From Candidatus Woesebacteria bacterium (GTDB lineage Bacteria > Patescibacteriota > Microgenomatia > UBA1400 > MFAQ01), in contig DAOORK010000001.1 of the NCBI GenBank assembly GCA_035389185.1, forward strand, positions 576,218 to 629,414: a DNA stretch of 53,197 nt, read 5' to 3'. A program made the position numbers and the translations under genes. Under the pieces are notes generated by a model that had not been told where the DNA came from, searched no databases, and saw only the letters and a program-made list of their open reading frames with translations. Positions within the stretch are counted from its first letter, which is position 1, and every line of letters starts with the position of its first letter. Positions 9,315-19,067 of the stretch are shown piece after piece.

Positions 9315-10163
9315 TTATTTTTGAGCTTGAATTTTGAGAGGTTTGACAATTTCTCCGGTAAGTTCGAGAGAGTAGGGAACAAATGTGAAACCTTCTTTTT
9401 CGGCGAGAATTTGATACAGACCTGATTCTAGGGGGCGCGCAAACATAAACTGTCCAAGCTTGTTACTTCTGGTTGCTCGAAGAGTAAGGTTATCCTTTTT
9501 GATTTCGACTAGGACGGTGTCAAGAATATTACCCGGTGCGGTAAGAGTGAGACCGACAAGAGTGTTGGGAGTGGTGGGTGTAAAAGGAATAGGAAGATTA
9601 ATGGTTGGTGCGCTGGCAGAAGAGATGGGGTGAGAAGTCGGTGCTGGTGTAGCAGAAGGGGTGACTGATGGAGCAGGTGCATTGGGGGTAACCTCTTGGG
9701 GAGAGGAGGGTTGGGTGATGGGCGTAGCAGGAACTGGAGCAGAAGAAGAGGCTGGCATTGGTGAAGTCTGGGGAGCCTCGGTAATCTGAATTTGAGGGTT
9801 GGAGACAGGAGAGACTGAGGTAGAACTCCCCCTTGAAGGCATAGAGGTTTCACCTGCTTGATTTTGGTCGGTAGATTTTTTCCAGGTATATTGAGTTGGA
9901 GAATAAATAGATTTGATGAAGGCGACTAACCAGATATCTAAAGAACGACCCTGAACGGGGACAAAAGCCATCCCGACGCCAAGAAGGAGAAAGAGGAAAA
10001 TGAGGGGATATTTAAAGAAAAAAGGCAGGGGAAGACTGTAGGTAATGATGGCTAAAACGATACAAATACCAAGAGAGGCGAACTGTTTAAGAGTCATATC
10101 GCCGATTAGCCGGAAACGGTAACTGGTGATGTCTTGAGGTAGCGGATGTTGTTGGATAGCCAT
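9315..10163 (-). CDS. PrgI/VirB3-like two-TM protein fused to a Pro/Ser/Thr linker and a C-terminal beta-sandwich-like domain
   Basis: The N-terminus (ITSYRFRLIGDMTLKQF, then two TM helices) matches the PrgI-family layout that precedes VirB4 in Gram-positive-type T4SS. A P/S/T-rich tract of about 90 aa follows. The C-terminus (GLYQILAEKEGFTF) resembles carboxypeptidase-regulatory-like folds. Confidence 0.65.
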   Translation of the reverse strand: MAIQQHPLPQDITSYRFRLIGDMTLKQFASLGICIVLAIITYSLPLPFFFKYPLIFLFLLLGVGMAFVPVQGRSLDIWLVAFIKSIYSPTQYTWKKSTDQNQAGETSMPSRGSSTSVSPVSNPQIQITEAPQTSPMPASSSAPVPATPITQPSSPQEVTPNAPAPSVTPSATPAPTSHPISSASAPTINLPIPFTPTTPNTLVGLTLTAPGNILDTVLVEIKKDNLTLRATRSNKLGQFMFARPLESGLYQILAEKEGFTFVPYSLELTGEIVKPLKIQAQK

Positions 10164-10252
10164 AGATCAATTTAAGTATAGCGAATTTGCGGAGAAACGG
10201 GAGATTGGTGATATAATTTGAACAGTTATAGGGCTCAATATTTATATTTAAA

Positions 10253-12628
10253 ATGGGAATTGAAGGATTTTCTCCAAAAGTTGTGTTTGACGCTGATAAA
10301 GGTTTTGGTGGTGAAAAAAATGAAGGTGTTTCAAAAAATGACAAGGTAGAGTCTTTGCATACAGTACTTGCCCCTGTATCATCAGAGATACGCAATAACG
10401 GGGAAAAGTATTTTGAGTATTTAAATAAAATTGCAGAAGAAACAAAAAAATTAAAAGATCAAGGAATAGATGTAGAAAAGTACACAAAAGTTGGTTTGCC
10501 CAGTAAAGGAGAGGAGTCAAACAAAGAGCTTGGAAAGAGAAAACGCGACTTGAGACAGTTGATAAATAAGGCGATCGATGACGAGCCTTGGAGTGAGGAA
10601 GAGAAAAAAATAGCAGAGACGATTAATTTAAGCAGAGACGATGTGGCCGGAAAAAAGGGAGAGATTGAAACTGATAAAGGTGAACCAGTCAGGTTGGGTA
10701 AACCTTGGGAGGAAGAGTTAAAAAGAATTGAGCTGATAAAAGATCCGGTGTTGCAAAATAAGATAAGAGGGTCGTGGCTGATAAAAAATACAACAAATGC
10801 AAACATACCCTTTTCAGTAATAGAAGAACAAAGCAATAAGTTGGCTACCCCTGATCAATTGAAGGGGGCGGATCGAGGAAGAAGAGAGCCTTTTGAGATA
10901 AAAACAGAGGACGATCTGAACGCCGCCTTGGGAGAAATGGACAAAATTACAGATCCTGTGGCAAAAGTAGGAAGACTGGGGAGGCTGGCAAATTATTTAT
11001 ATGATACGGGAAAATTGGATTGGGCAAATCAAGTATCAGAAGTAAAAACAAAACAGCAAGAAAAGAAGAATGTGGCAAATATCGAAGGACTGCCAAAGGA
11101 CATTTCCAGCAAAAAGGAGTGGAGAAAATGGACAAGAGCAAGGTTGGCAAGTTTGTTGGACCCCACCGTAACTGAGGTAAGAAGCCCTCGAGATGTTTTT
11201 GGAGTGGTTTCGGAAACAGCGTTTGGTAGACAGCCGATTGATGGAACAGTGTACATGCCTTCGGATCTGCGCGATGAACTGGTGTCAGGGAAAATGGGTT
11301 CTGATGGAAGAATCGAAACTACGAGTGAGCTACAAGTATCCCAGGAGATAGGTAAGCTTTATACCGATTGGCGGGAAGCCCACAAAAAATTAGGATTTAT
11401 GGTAGCGGCGATTGATGGGGGCAAGTATAGACTGCCAAGCAATGATTTAAATTCTCGATTGCTAAATAGTTTGAAGAGTGAGGATGGCCGTGATCCTGAG
11501 GGCGGTTCAAAAAAGATTGCCAAAGCGGTGCAAATTTACTGGGGGATGGCTCATTCAAAGGAAGAGGAGGGACAAAAAATTCTAGAAAATTTTGGATTGA
11601 CAGGAATAAGAAATATTTTTGATTCGCAGTTAACAACAGGAGATGTTGGTGATATCAGAGAGAAAATTGCAGATAAGGTTGGTGGAACATATTACGAAAA
11701 TATTGGTTTGATGTATGCCAGTTTCTATGGAGTATCCGCCTACGGAAGTGACAGTACTCTTCCGGGAATTGAGTATTGCGACGCAATGGGTAATCTGGTT
11801 CACTCGGAGATTAATCGCTACAAAAATGATAATGAACGAAACAACTCAACGAGAAGAGGCTATAGATATCTTGATGATATGGTGGCCAACATGTTTTATG
11901 AAGTAAAAGAAGGGAAGCATTTGGTGAAGGATGATGGTTCTCCGGTGCCGATTGAGCTAAGTGTTCACTCGGGAACCTTACAAGACCAAGCGGAGACAAA
12001 AGAACCGAGGGCTTTTTACTTATTGAGAGAGAAGGGGGCAAAGGGAAAGTTCAGGATGGTGAAGAAAATTGGTTTGGAAGGAACGGATTATGCTATTGAT
12101 ACCTCAGAGAAATTTATGCGGTTAGATACAAATAAATATGAAGAGGTTTTGTTTGAGAATTTAATTAAGGAAGGGCGAATCAATGAGATTGATTGGGCTC
12201 ACAGTCAGGATATTTCCAGAGTAATGGTTTCGAGAGAGAAGGGCGCAATCTATGTTTACAAAATGTACAAAAACTTAGACGATGACCCCGGAAAGTTAAC
12301 AGATGCGGCCTTGATTGCCCGAAGAGAGAACTTTGAAGATGCAATTCCTCAGTACAATTTGGAGACACAGCAACACGCGATGTATCTGTGGCTTCACTCT
12401 TTGATTAATAAAAATGATGACTGGCTAAAAACAAAAGAAAAGAAGGATGAGGTTATAAGAATGGTGGCATCAGCTGAGAAGCACAAGCTGGTATCGAGCT
12501 CAGATGCCAATAACCTGAGAAAAGGTTTTGGCTTGGGACTTTTGGGGTCATACGGCAAGCTGTTAGGTAATGAGTATGGAAAGGAAATTTTAAGTTCTTT
12601 TGGGGACGTGTTTAAAAATCTAAAATAA
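10253..12628 (+). CDS. Large hydrophilic hypothetical protein (791 aa); the only plus-strand gene inside the T4SS-like cluster
   Basis: A long uninterrupted ORF with normal amino-acid composition. It has no TM helix, no signal peptide and no motif I recognise. Confidence 0.7.
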   Translation: MGIEGFSPKVVFDADKGFGGEKNEGVSKNDKVESLHTVLAPVSSEIRNNGEKYFEYLNKIAEETKKLKDQGIDVEKYTKVGLPSKGEESNKELGKRKRDLRQLINKAIDDEPWSEEEKKIAETINLSRDDVAGKKGEIETDKGEPVRLGKPWEEELKRIELIKDPVLQNKIRGSWLIKNTTNANIPFSVIEEQSNKLATPDQLKGADRGRREPFEIKTEDDLNAALGEMDKITDPVAKVGRLGRLANYLYDTGKLDWANQVSEVKTKQQEKKNVANIEGLPKDISSKKEWRKWTRARLASLLDPTVTEVRSPRDVFGVVSETAFGRQPIDGTVYMPSDLRDELVSGKMGSDGRIETTSELQVSQEIGKLYTDWREAHKKLGFMVAAIDGGKYRLPSNDLNSRLLNSLKSEDGRDPEGGSKKIAKAVQIYWGMAHSKEEEGQKILENFGLTGIRNIFDSQLTTGDVGDIREKIADKVGGTYYENIGLMYASFYGVSAYGSDSTLPGIEYCDAMGNLVHSEINRYKNDNERNNSTRRGYRYLDDMVANMFYEVKEGKHLVKDDGSPVPIELSVHSGTLQDQAETKEPRAFYLLREKGAKGKFRMVKKIGLEGTDYAIDTSEKFMRLDTNKYEEVLFENLIKEGRINEIDWAHSQDISRVMVSREKGAIYVYKMYKNLDDDPGKLTDAALIARRENFEDAIPQYNLETQQHAMYLWLHSLINKNDDWLKTKEKKDEVIRMVASAEKHKLVSSSDANNLRKGFGLGLLGSYGKLLGNEYGKEILSSFGDVFKNLK

Positions 12629-12656
12629 ACGGTAGGTAGTTGAGAGAGGGTGGAGC

Positions 12657-14447
12657 TTATTTGCCGACTGGAGGCTTACCTGCTGCAGGAGTAGTACCTG
12701 AGGTTGATGAAGGTGTTCCCCAAGGTTTCCCCGCTTTTTGGTTGAAGGTTTCTGAAGCCTTCTTATACCATTCTGAACCGCCGATAGCCGGATTGACAAC
12801 ACCAGCACCGGTCCAGCCACTCTTTAGGGCATCTCCGATGGCTGTGCCATATTTAAATGGAGGAACCTTGAGAGTATCTTTGATCATGTCGACGTATTTG
12901 GGAGCCATAAGGAGTAGACCAACTCCGAGAAGAGCAAGAAGATCTCGGGCACCAAAATTACTGAGTCCTCCAGAAGGAGTGATGAGGGGAATATTGCCAA
13001 TTTTTGTACCAGTATCTGAAGTGACGAGACTACGAACGCCGAAGAACGCTTCACAACCTTCGAGAGTACCTTTGTCTTGAGTAGCTCCAAAAAGTCCGGT
13101 AACCATGTCGGTGGCGTCGGTACAGATACCAACAATTGGCTGAATCATGAACAAATAAGAAAATAAAAGCAGGATGATTGTGGCTGGAAAAACCATAACG
13201 TTGGCAAGAATGTTGCGGAACCAGTTGCCGATAACGTTTGACCCGGGAAAAGCATTGCCCAGAAGAGTCAGGGGACCGGTAATGATGGAGATAACCAAAG
13301 AAATAAAACAGCCAATGAGCTTAACAAAAAGCTTAACATAAGCGATCAAGACGGCGATCATGAGGATGATAGCGATAATAATATCGATACTGCCTGCGAA
13401 GGCAACGGTTAATACTCCGCCGATAGCAGAACTAGTTCCACCAAGAACAAGATTTAAAACACCCAAGATGGTGGCCTGAACAGAGACGAGATAGTTGATA
13501 AAAAAGGAACCGACCAGACCTACAGAGCCAAAGCCTGAAGCGGCGACTGCCGGGCGCCAGGTTGTTCCGAGAATAATCAGTTTTTGACTGGCAAGATAGT
13601 TGAGGACGAGATAGATTACGACGTACATCATGTCAAAAAGGAAGCCGGCGATGGCGTATGAAAAAGTAATAATGAGGAGAGTAACGACAAGTTTGGGGAT
13701 GGCTAGCTGAACAGAGATAACAGTTTTTTGACCGAGATTAACACGAAGCATCATCATAAAACCATAGATGATAAAGAAAATAACCATGATAAAGTAGGCG
13801 AGATTTCTGACTGCTAACCAAATAGATAGAAAAGGGGAAAAGGTGTTGAAACCAACACCACCTTCGTTGGCGGCAAGGGCGCTAGGGATAATTTTGTGTT
13901 TTTGAAGATTTTGACTGACATGAGCGAGATAAGAAGTTGAGGCGGCAGGTTGATATTTAAAGAGAGAGGCGATGAGATTGGTGGTACCCTGAAACAAACC
14001 GTTGGTAGAAGAAGAGAATAGTTTTTGGCGAGCCGTATTTAGAGCAAGATATTCGTCTTCCCCTTTGGACATAGCCTCGCTGTAATCCTTTATGGCGCTG
14101 TCGATCTGTTGGGTATAGGAAAGATCGGAGTTTTTGGCGCCACCAATTCTTTCGGCCAGGTCAAGAAGAACGATATCGGAAAAGCCAACACCATCACCAT
14201 TGGTGGAAGTAAAAGTATCGGTTGAAGTGGGACATTTTCCCGAGTACCAGGTTTCGAGATTCATCTGATTCCCTTGACGTTTTTTGCAGAATTCTTCAAG
14301 ATCTCCAGTACTGGTGCTTTTGATAGCTGTGTCGAGAGCGTTTAGGGTAGTAATTTCTTCTGCCTTAACAATACTCGCTGAAAAAAACAGGGAGAAAGCA
14401 AAAATACAGATAGCGATGATTGGGCCAAGGCGGCGTGGCATATGCAA
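12657..14447 (-). CDS. VirB6/TrbL-like polytopic membrane protein
   Basis: A signal or anchor helix is followed by an ectodomain of about 190 aa, at least 7 TM helices and a Gly/Pro/Thr-rich tail. This is the usual architecture and genomic context of VirB6/TrbL-type channel components. The assignment rests on topology and context, not on a sequence motif. Confidence 0.6.
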   Translation of the reverse strand: MHMPRRLGPIIAICIFAFSLFFSASIVKAEEITTLNALDTAIKSTSTGDLEEFCKKRQGNQMNLETWYSGKCPTSTDTFTSTNGDGVGFSDIVLLDLAERIGGAKNSDLSYTQQIDSAIKDYSEAMSKGEDEYLALNTARQKLFSSSTNGLFQGTTNLIASLFKYQPAASTSYLAHVSQNLQKHKIIPSALAANEGGVGFNTFSPFLSIWLAVRNLAYFIMVIFFIIYGFMMMLRVNLGQKTVISVQLAIPKLVVTLLIITFSYAIAGFLFDMMYVVIYLVLNYLASQKLIILGTTWRPAVAASGFGSVGLVGSFFINYLVSVQATILGVLNLVLGGTSSAIGGVLTVAFAGSIDIIIAIILMIAVLIAYVKLFVKLIGCFISLVISIITGPLTLLGNAFPGSNVIGNWFRNILANVMVFPATIILLLFSYLFMIQPIVGICTDATDMVTGLFGATQDKGTLEGCEAFFGVRSLVTSDTGTKIGNIPLITPSGGLSNFGARDLLALLGVGLLLMAPKYVDMIKDTLKVPPFKYGTAIGDALKSGWTGAGVVNPAIGGSEWYKKASETFNQKAGKPWGTPSSTSGTTPAAGKPPVGK

Positions 14448-14472
14448 AATTATTATACACGAACGAAGGTGT

Positions 14473-14988
14473 TCAAGGCAGGAGATTAAGCGTCTTTATC
14501 CAGGTTTCGGCAACATCGCGGATGTATTGACGATGACTCAAACTAACATGGAGATCTTTGATATTGACACCGTTTTCGGTAAGAAGGGAGATGGCCTTTT
14601 GAAATGACTCTTGATAAGCGACCATGTAAGGATTGGTAGAAGGGTCATTTTGGTTGGGAATGTAGTCAATGCCATAAACTTCTATGCGGACAACATCTGG
14701 ATCATCGTTGGGGTATGAACTGATAGAAATGTCGGTATTGATGCCCACAGAGGTAGGGAAACTTTTGATGTTGATTGGAAGTTTGGGAAGAAGTGCTGTT
14801 TTGGTTTTTGTGGCGACATCACTACTTGATTGGCGAAGAATGGAAACAGTTGGGGTAGTTGTCGGAACAACAGGAATGGTTTGGGTGGTGCTGGTCTCTT
14901 TGGGTGCTGGGGTCAAGAAAGCAATAATCAGGGCGACAAAAAGTAAAAGCGCGAGAATAGTGAGAAGGATTTTAATTTTTTTGGACAT
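14473..14988 (-). CDS. Small membrane-anchored hypothetical protein (T4SS cluster)
   Basis: N-terminal TM helix (ILLTILALLLFVALIIAFL), a Thr-rich linker and a globular C-terminus. Its start directly abuts the stop of the upstream 836-aa gene. Confidence 0.6.
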   Translation of the reverse strand: MSKKIKILLTILALLLFVALIIAFLTPAPKETSTTQTIPVVPTTTPTVSILRQSSSDVATKTKTALLPKLPINIKSFPTSVGINTDISISSYPNDDPDVVRIEVYGIDYIPNQNDPSTNPYMVAYQESFQKAISLLTENGVNIKDLHVSLSHRQYIRDVAETWIKTLNLLP

Positions 14989-17499
14989 CTAGGGTAGTGA
15001 CTGATAATAGTTTAAAGCAACTGTAAAGGCCCCTGGGCGATTAAAGAGAACAGCTGAAGAACAGTCGTAGTCTTTTTGACAACGAAGATACATAGTGGAG
15101 TGTTTTTGGCCGAGTTTGTTGGTAGCATAGGGATCATCTTCGCCTATAAAAGCGGCAGGACAGTAAAGGTACTGAGGAGAGATGTCCGGGTGCAGACCCC
15201 AGTCAATACGACAGTTGGAGTTACCACCACCATTATAGTTGGAGAAGGCGGTGATAATATCTTTGAAACTAGCTCCGGTAGCGCCCTTTTGAGCAATTTC
15301 GTATCCAGCGTCGATGGCCGTTTCGAGTAGAGTGCTATAGACTTTTCCTCCATTATCAGGTTCGGGCACACCAATTTTACGACCACTAATAAGCGACCCG
15401 CAGGGATTATTGTTGGCTTCCAGAAAGTGGACTGCGGCCAGAATAACACAAGAAACCCCGGTTTGTTTTTCGGCTTCGGCATAAACTGCCGATAGCTCAG
15501 GAGTGACGAGGGGAATAAAGGGATCAAGAGTGGCACCAAAACCACCACTCAAGTAACCGTTGGCGTATTTGGTAAATGAGCCTTTTGAACAACTGCCGGT
15601 GAGAGGTTCTTCGGAAATAGTACACTCTCCAGATACTTGGGGAACAGCCCCCCCGCATTTTGAAGATGATTGTTGATCGGAAGGAACGAGCCAACAGTTC
15701 TGAAGCAGATGCATGGCGTTTTGGGCGAGATTATTTTCGCGATAGATAGGACTGTTGCCATTGCTTATAGTGGTATCCGGATCATCGGTGCTAGTTTTGC
15801 TTGAGGGTGCACTGACAGTGGTTTTTTCGACTGCTGGGGCGTAAGAAGGAGTAAAAAGACGGTAAAAGGAATCTTCACCTGGTTGGCCAGTACCGACAAT
15901 CTGTTCGTTTAGAGTGTTGATGAGAGGATTATTGAGAACAGTGATATTTTTCCCAGTGGCTTCCCCAATAAGTTTGTAGGTTGAGGTGCCTTCAACAAAA
16001 GTACAACCAAGATTGGCTCTGGCCTCACAACCAGTTTGGTCTTTACTGTAATAAAAACAGTGTCTTTTAAGACAACCTTTGGTGACACCATCGCATTCGC
16101 AACGGTCGGGAGTAGAGGAAACAAATTCACTGTTAAGAGGAATGGTAATTGATTGAGAGAGTGAAGAACCGTTGGGATATGTTTGGGGAGAAGTTTGCGA
16201 GGAAGTTTTTGATGGGACAATACAAGTGGCGAGGAGTTCTCTTGAGGAAACAGAAGAGTAGAGAGTTGATTCTGAAGAAGAGGAAATAGTGGAGTTTATT
16301 GCGGGAGACTTTATAAATGAACTGGGAGTATAGAAGCTAAATAGCCCGTAACTTCCTTGTATTGCATTAACAATGGCTCGAAGGTAGGGGATTGATTCGC
16401 TGGAAACATTTCCATTTACCGTTAGGTAACCACGACTATTGTTGAAGTCAAAAGGAAGTAGGGTGTCGTATTTGGTTTTGATTTCCTGACTGAGACTTTG
16501 ATATTTTTTAACATAATCATCACAAACCGGATACTGGCGGAGACAACTTGGAAGTTGGAAGTATAAAGTTTGGGTATCTGTTTCTTGTTGGTTATTGTTT
16601 GAGTCGAGATAATAGTAAGTCAGCTTGGTGTTGTTGGTATTGGCCGAACTAAGGTAGATTGCCTTAACATTGGCTTGTGCAAGACTACTGAGCATTCTCC
16701 AGTAGGTTCTGAAAAATTCCCGAGAGGTGTTGCTTTTTGAGTAAGAAGGTCGATCAAAAAGACCGTTGAAGAGGTAACTCTGGGCAATTTTATCGGGATT
16801 TGCTGAGCTGAGAATACTGGCACTGGGTCCGAGGAAACCAAGGGTAGCTTCGGAGAGATTTGCCGTGGCGGTGACGGTTATTTCTGAAGGAGGAGAGTCA
16901 AAAATAGTAATGGATTTTTCATAGCTGGCTTTGGGGGCAGGGATACAGGTTAGAGGGTACTGATCAATTGCTGACTCAACCTGTTTTACTTCGGCATAAC
17001 AGGAACTGTTTGGCGGGTAAACAGTGTTTTTACCGGTTGAGGAACATGGTTGGCCAGTTGATTCAATGGGGGCAAGAGTGGGGGCGGGAGTGATTGTTGA
17101 GGTGACTGAAGATGTGGTGGTTGAGTTTGTGTTTGATGTGGACGGAGAGACAAAAGTACACGAACAGGTCTGCTCGTTGGTAATGATGGATAGATTTTCT
17201 GTAATATCTTGGGGAAGACAGTAGTTATTGGTACCACAAGAATCGCCGACCTTTTTGTTTTGACATGATTGATCAGAGCTTGTTGAACAAGAGGATGCAG
17301 GTAGGGGGCATTTTTGATAGTTGGTAGTACAAACACCCCACTGATACACTTCATCTTTTTGACACACCTCTCCAGCTTTACATCCGGCATCTGTACCACA
17401 AGCATCAATCTTGACACAAACAGTGTCGGCAAAAACGTTGCCAGAAGAAACAAAAAAGAAAATAAATAAAAATAAGATAGAAAAGACGAGTTTCTTCAC
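14989..17499 (-). CDS. Large secreted Cys-rich protein (836 aa); candidate surface or adhesin component of the cluster
   Basis: Signal peptide (MKKLVFSILFLFIFFFVSSGNVFA), a Cys-rich N-terminal module, Ser/Thr-rich linkers and more Cys-rich modules at the C-terminus. No confident catalytic motif was found. Confidence 0.7.
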   Translation of the reverse strand: MKKLVFSILFLFIFFFVSSGNVFADTVCVKIDACGTDAGCKAGEVCQKDEVYQWGVCTTNYQKCPLPASSCSTSSDQSCQNKKVGDSCGTNNYCLPQDITENLSIITNEQTCSCTFVSPSTSNTNSTTTSSVTSTITPAPTLAPIESTGQPCSSTGKNTVYPPNSSCYAEVKQVESAIDQYPLTCIPAPKASYEKSITIFDSPPSEITVTATANLSEATLGFLGPSASILSSANPDKIAQSYLFNGLFDRPSYSKSNTSREFFRTYWRMLSSLAQANVKAIYLSSANTNNTKLTYYYLDSNNNQQETDTQTLYFQLPSCLRQYPVCDDYVKKYQSLSQEIKTKYDTLLPFDFNNSRGYLTVNGNVSSESIPYLRAIVNAIQGSYGLFSFYTPSSFIKSPAINSTISSSSESTLYSSVSSRELLATCIVPSKTSSQTSPQTYPNGSSLSQSITIPLNSEFVSSTPDRCECDGVTKGCLKRHCFYYSKDQTGCEARANLGCTFVEGTSTYKLIGEATGKNITVLNNPLINTLNEQIVGTGQPGEDSFYRLFTPSYAPAVEKTTVSAPSSKTSTDDPDTTISNGNSPIYRENNLAQNAMHLLQNCWLVPSDQQSSSKCGGAVPQVSGECTISEEPLTGSCSKGSFTKYANGYLSGGFGATLDPFIPLVTPELSAVYAEAEKQTGVSCVILAAVHFLEANNNPCGSLISGRKIGVPEPDNGGKVYSTLLETAIDAGYEIAQKGATGASFKDIITAFSNYNGGGNSNCRIDWGLHPDISPQYLYCPAAFIGEDDPYATNKLGQKHSTMYLRCQKDYDCSSAVLFNRPGAFTVALNYYQSLP

Positions 17500-17530
17500 T
17501 GAGATAATTATAAACAGATGATCGATAGTG

Positions 17531-17899
17531 TTAAGAGCCTGTTACGGTGAAGGTAGAAAGGTTGGCTCCTGTGAAACGCTCAATAAGGATAATAATGAGC
17601 CAAGCGGCAGAGAGGAGGATTAGACCAATAATAGCCCAGGTGAAAGTTTTCCAAGCGGCGGCGTAGGCTTTGGGGTCGGAACCGGCCATCAAGAGACGGA
17701 TACCGGCAAAAATAACCATACCAACGGCAACGACAGCAAGCAAAGCCGGGGCTGGTTTGATTAGATTACGGAAAAGACATTCGACTCCTTTGAGTGTGGC
17801 CACATTGGCTTCGACACCAAGATCGTTATAAGTGTAAACACATTCATCAGTCCAGGCAGACTCGGCAGCAAGCACTTGGGGAATGAGATTCAAAAACAT
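17531..17899 (-). CDS. VirB2/TrbC-like mini-pilin paralog 1 (divergent)
   Basis: Short leader (MFLNLIPQVLAAES). Two TM helices flank the loop LLMAGSDPKAYAAAWK, giving the same layout as paralogs 2-9. Confidence 0.7.
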   Translation of the reverse strand: MFLNLIPQVLAAESAWTDECVYTYNDLGVEANVATLKGVECLFRNLIKPAPALLAVVAVGMVIFAGIRLLMAGSDPKAYAAAWKTFTWAIIGLILLSAAWLIIILIERFTGANLSTFTVTGS

Positions 17900-17930
17900 A
17901 ATTTGATTATATATTAACCAATCAAAACTA

Positions 17931-17952
17931 AAACCCCGGTTACCCGGGGTTT
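17931..17952 (-). terminator. Hairpin terminator between pilin paralogs 2 and 1
   Basis: Perfect palindrome AAACCCCGG-TTAC-CCGGGGTTT with A/T flanks, 18 nt after the paralog 2 stop. Confidence 0.6.
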
Positions 17953-17969
17953 AGAATAATTTTTGTTAC

Positions 17970-18311
17970 TTAGTAGGGTTTGGGGATGGTGATATTACCA
18001 CCAAGGACGTCAATGCCAAAGAAGTAGGAGATAAGCTGCATTAAAGCCCATGAAGCGGCGATGATGGCTAAGCCAACAAGAGCGGCAGTAATACGGTTTC
18101 TAGCTTGTTCGGTTTTGGTTTTGTCTCCACCTGAGGTAAGCCATTCGATACCACCGATGACTAAAAAGGCGAAGGTGAGAATACCGGCAACAATAAAAGC
18201 AACGGAGATGGCACTAGAAATGAGTTTACCGATATCGGTAATTTTCATGGTTGATGGTCTTTCTACTCCGAGACTGCTAGAAGCGGCGTAGACTTGGGGA
18301 ATTAGGGACAT
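17970..18311 (-). CDS. VirB2/TrbC-like mini-pilin paralog 2
   Basis: Leader MSLIPQVYAASS. TM1, loop WLTSGGDKTKTEQARNRITAALVGLAIIAASWA, then TM2. Confidence 0.8.
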   Translation of the reverse strand: MSLIPQVYAASSSLGVERPSTMKITDIGKLISSAISVAFIVAGILTFAFLVIGGIEWLTSGGDKTKTEQARNRITAALVGLAIIAASWALMQLISYFFGIDVLGGNITIPKPY

Positions 18312-18379
18312 ATTCTTTTTTTAGTTTATTAATGACTAATTAGTTTTATTATTATGATTTTTTGGGAGCTTGTCAACTT

Positions 18380-18727
18380 CTAGACAGGATTGTCGGTGCA
18401 AATTTTGCTGATATCAATACCAAGGAACTCGAGAACGAGGGTGTAAATAGCCCAAGAAGCGGCGATGATGGCCAGGCCAATAAGAGCATTGGTGATTAAT
18501 TTTTGGGCACTTTCGAGTTTGGCTTTGTCACCTCCTGAGGTGATCCAAGTGACACCGCTAACAACAAGAAGGACAAAAACAATAATTGCGGAGAGAATAA
18601 AAACGACGTTGACAGCGTTACTGACGAGATTCCAGATGCAGGTGTATCCAAAAAAGTTATTTTTACTTACTTCGCCACCGATATCGACGACTTCGTCGGC
18701 AAAAACTGGTTTGATGAGGTTGATCAT
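18380..18727 (-). CDS. VirB2/TrbC-like mini-pilin paralog 3
   Basis: Leader MINLIKPVFADE. Loop WITSGGDKAKLESAQKLITNALIGLAIIAASWA. Confidence 0.8.
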   Translation of the reverse strand: MINLIKPVFADEVVDIGGEVSKNNFFGYTCIWNLVSNAVNVVFILSAIIVFVLLVVSGVTWITSGGDKAKLESAQKLITNALIGLAIIAASWAIYTLVLEFLGIDISKICTDNPV

Positions 18728-19065
18728 AGGTTGCTGGGAAATACGGGAGCCATAATATTAATCTTAAGAGCATTTTGAATAAATAAGGCAATGGCATAAG
18801 AGCCAATCAAGACGGCTAACCCGATAAAGGCATTGGAAATCATGCTTTGAGCTGTTTGAACACGATCTTTGTTGCCTCCGGCAGTAAGCCATTCGACGCC
18901 ACCCCAGATGAGAAAAATGATAAAAGCGAGACCGCCAACAGTGACAACTGAGCGCCAAAGAATAGCAACATAAAAGGCTAATCCTTGACCGGCACTCATT
19001 GCCTGAACGTTGGAAGGAAGAGAGGTATTTACAATTTCGTTGGCTGCGTAGACGGAGTTAATCAT
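18724..19065 (-). CDS. VirB2/TrbC-like mini-pilin paralog 4
   Basis: Leader MINSVYAANE. Loop WLTAGGNKDRVQTAQSMISNAFIGLAVLIGSYA. A 4-nt ATGA overlap with paralog 3. Confidence 0.8.
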   Translation of the reverse strand: MINSVYAANEIVNTSLPSNVQAMSAGQGLAFYVAILWRSVVTVGGLAFIIFLIWGGVEWLTAGGNKDRVQTAQSMISNAFIGLAVLIGSYAIALFIQNALKINIMAPVFPSNL

Positions 19066-19067
19066 AA

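Noticed and set aside
12640-13080. A plus-strand 146-aa ORF, and a minus-strand 83-aa ORF at 12884-13135, overlapping the 3' part of the VirB6-like gene.
   Set aside because: They are antisense or off-frame to a 596-aa polytopic membrane protein ORF. Their composition (Pro/Arg/Ala-rich) looks non-genic.
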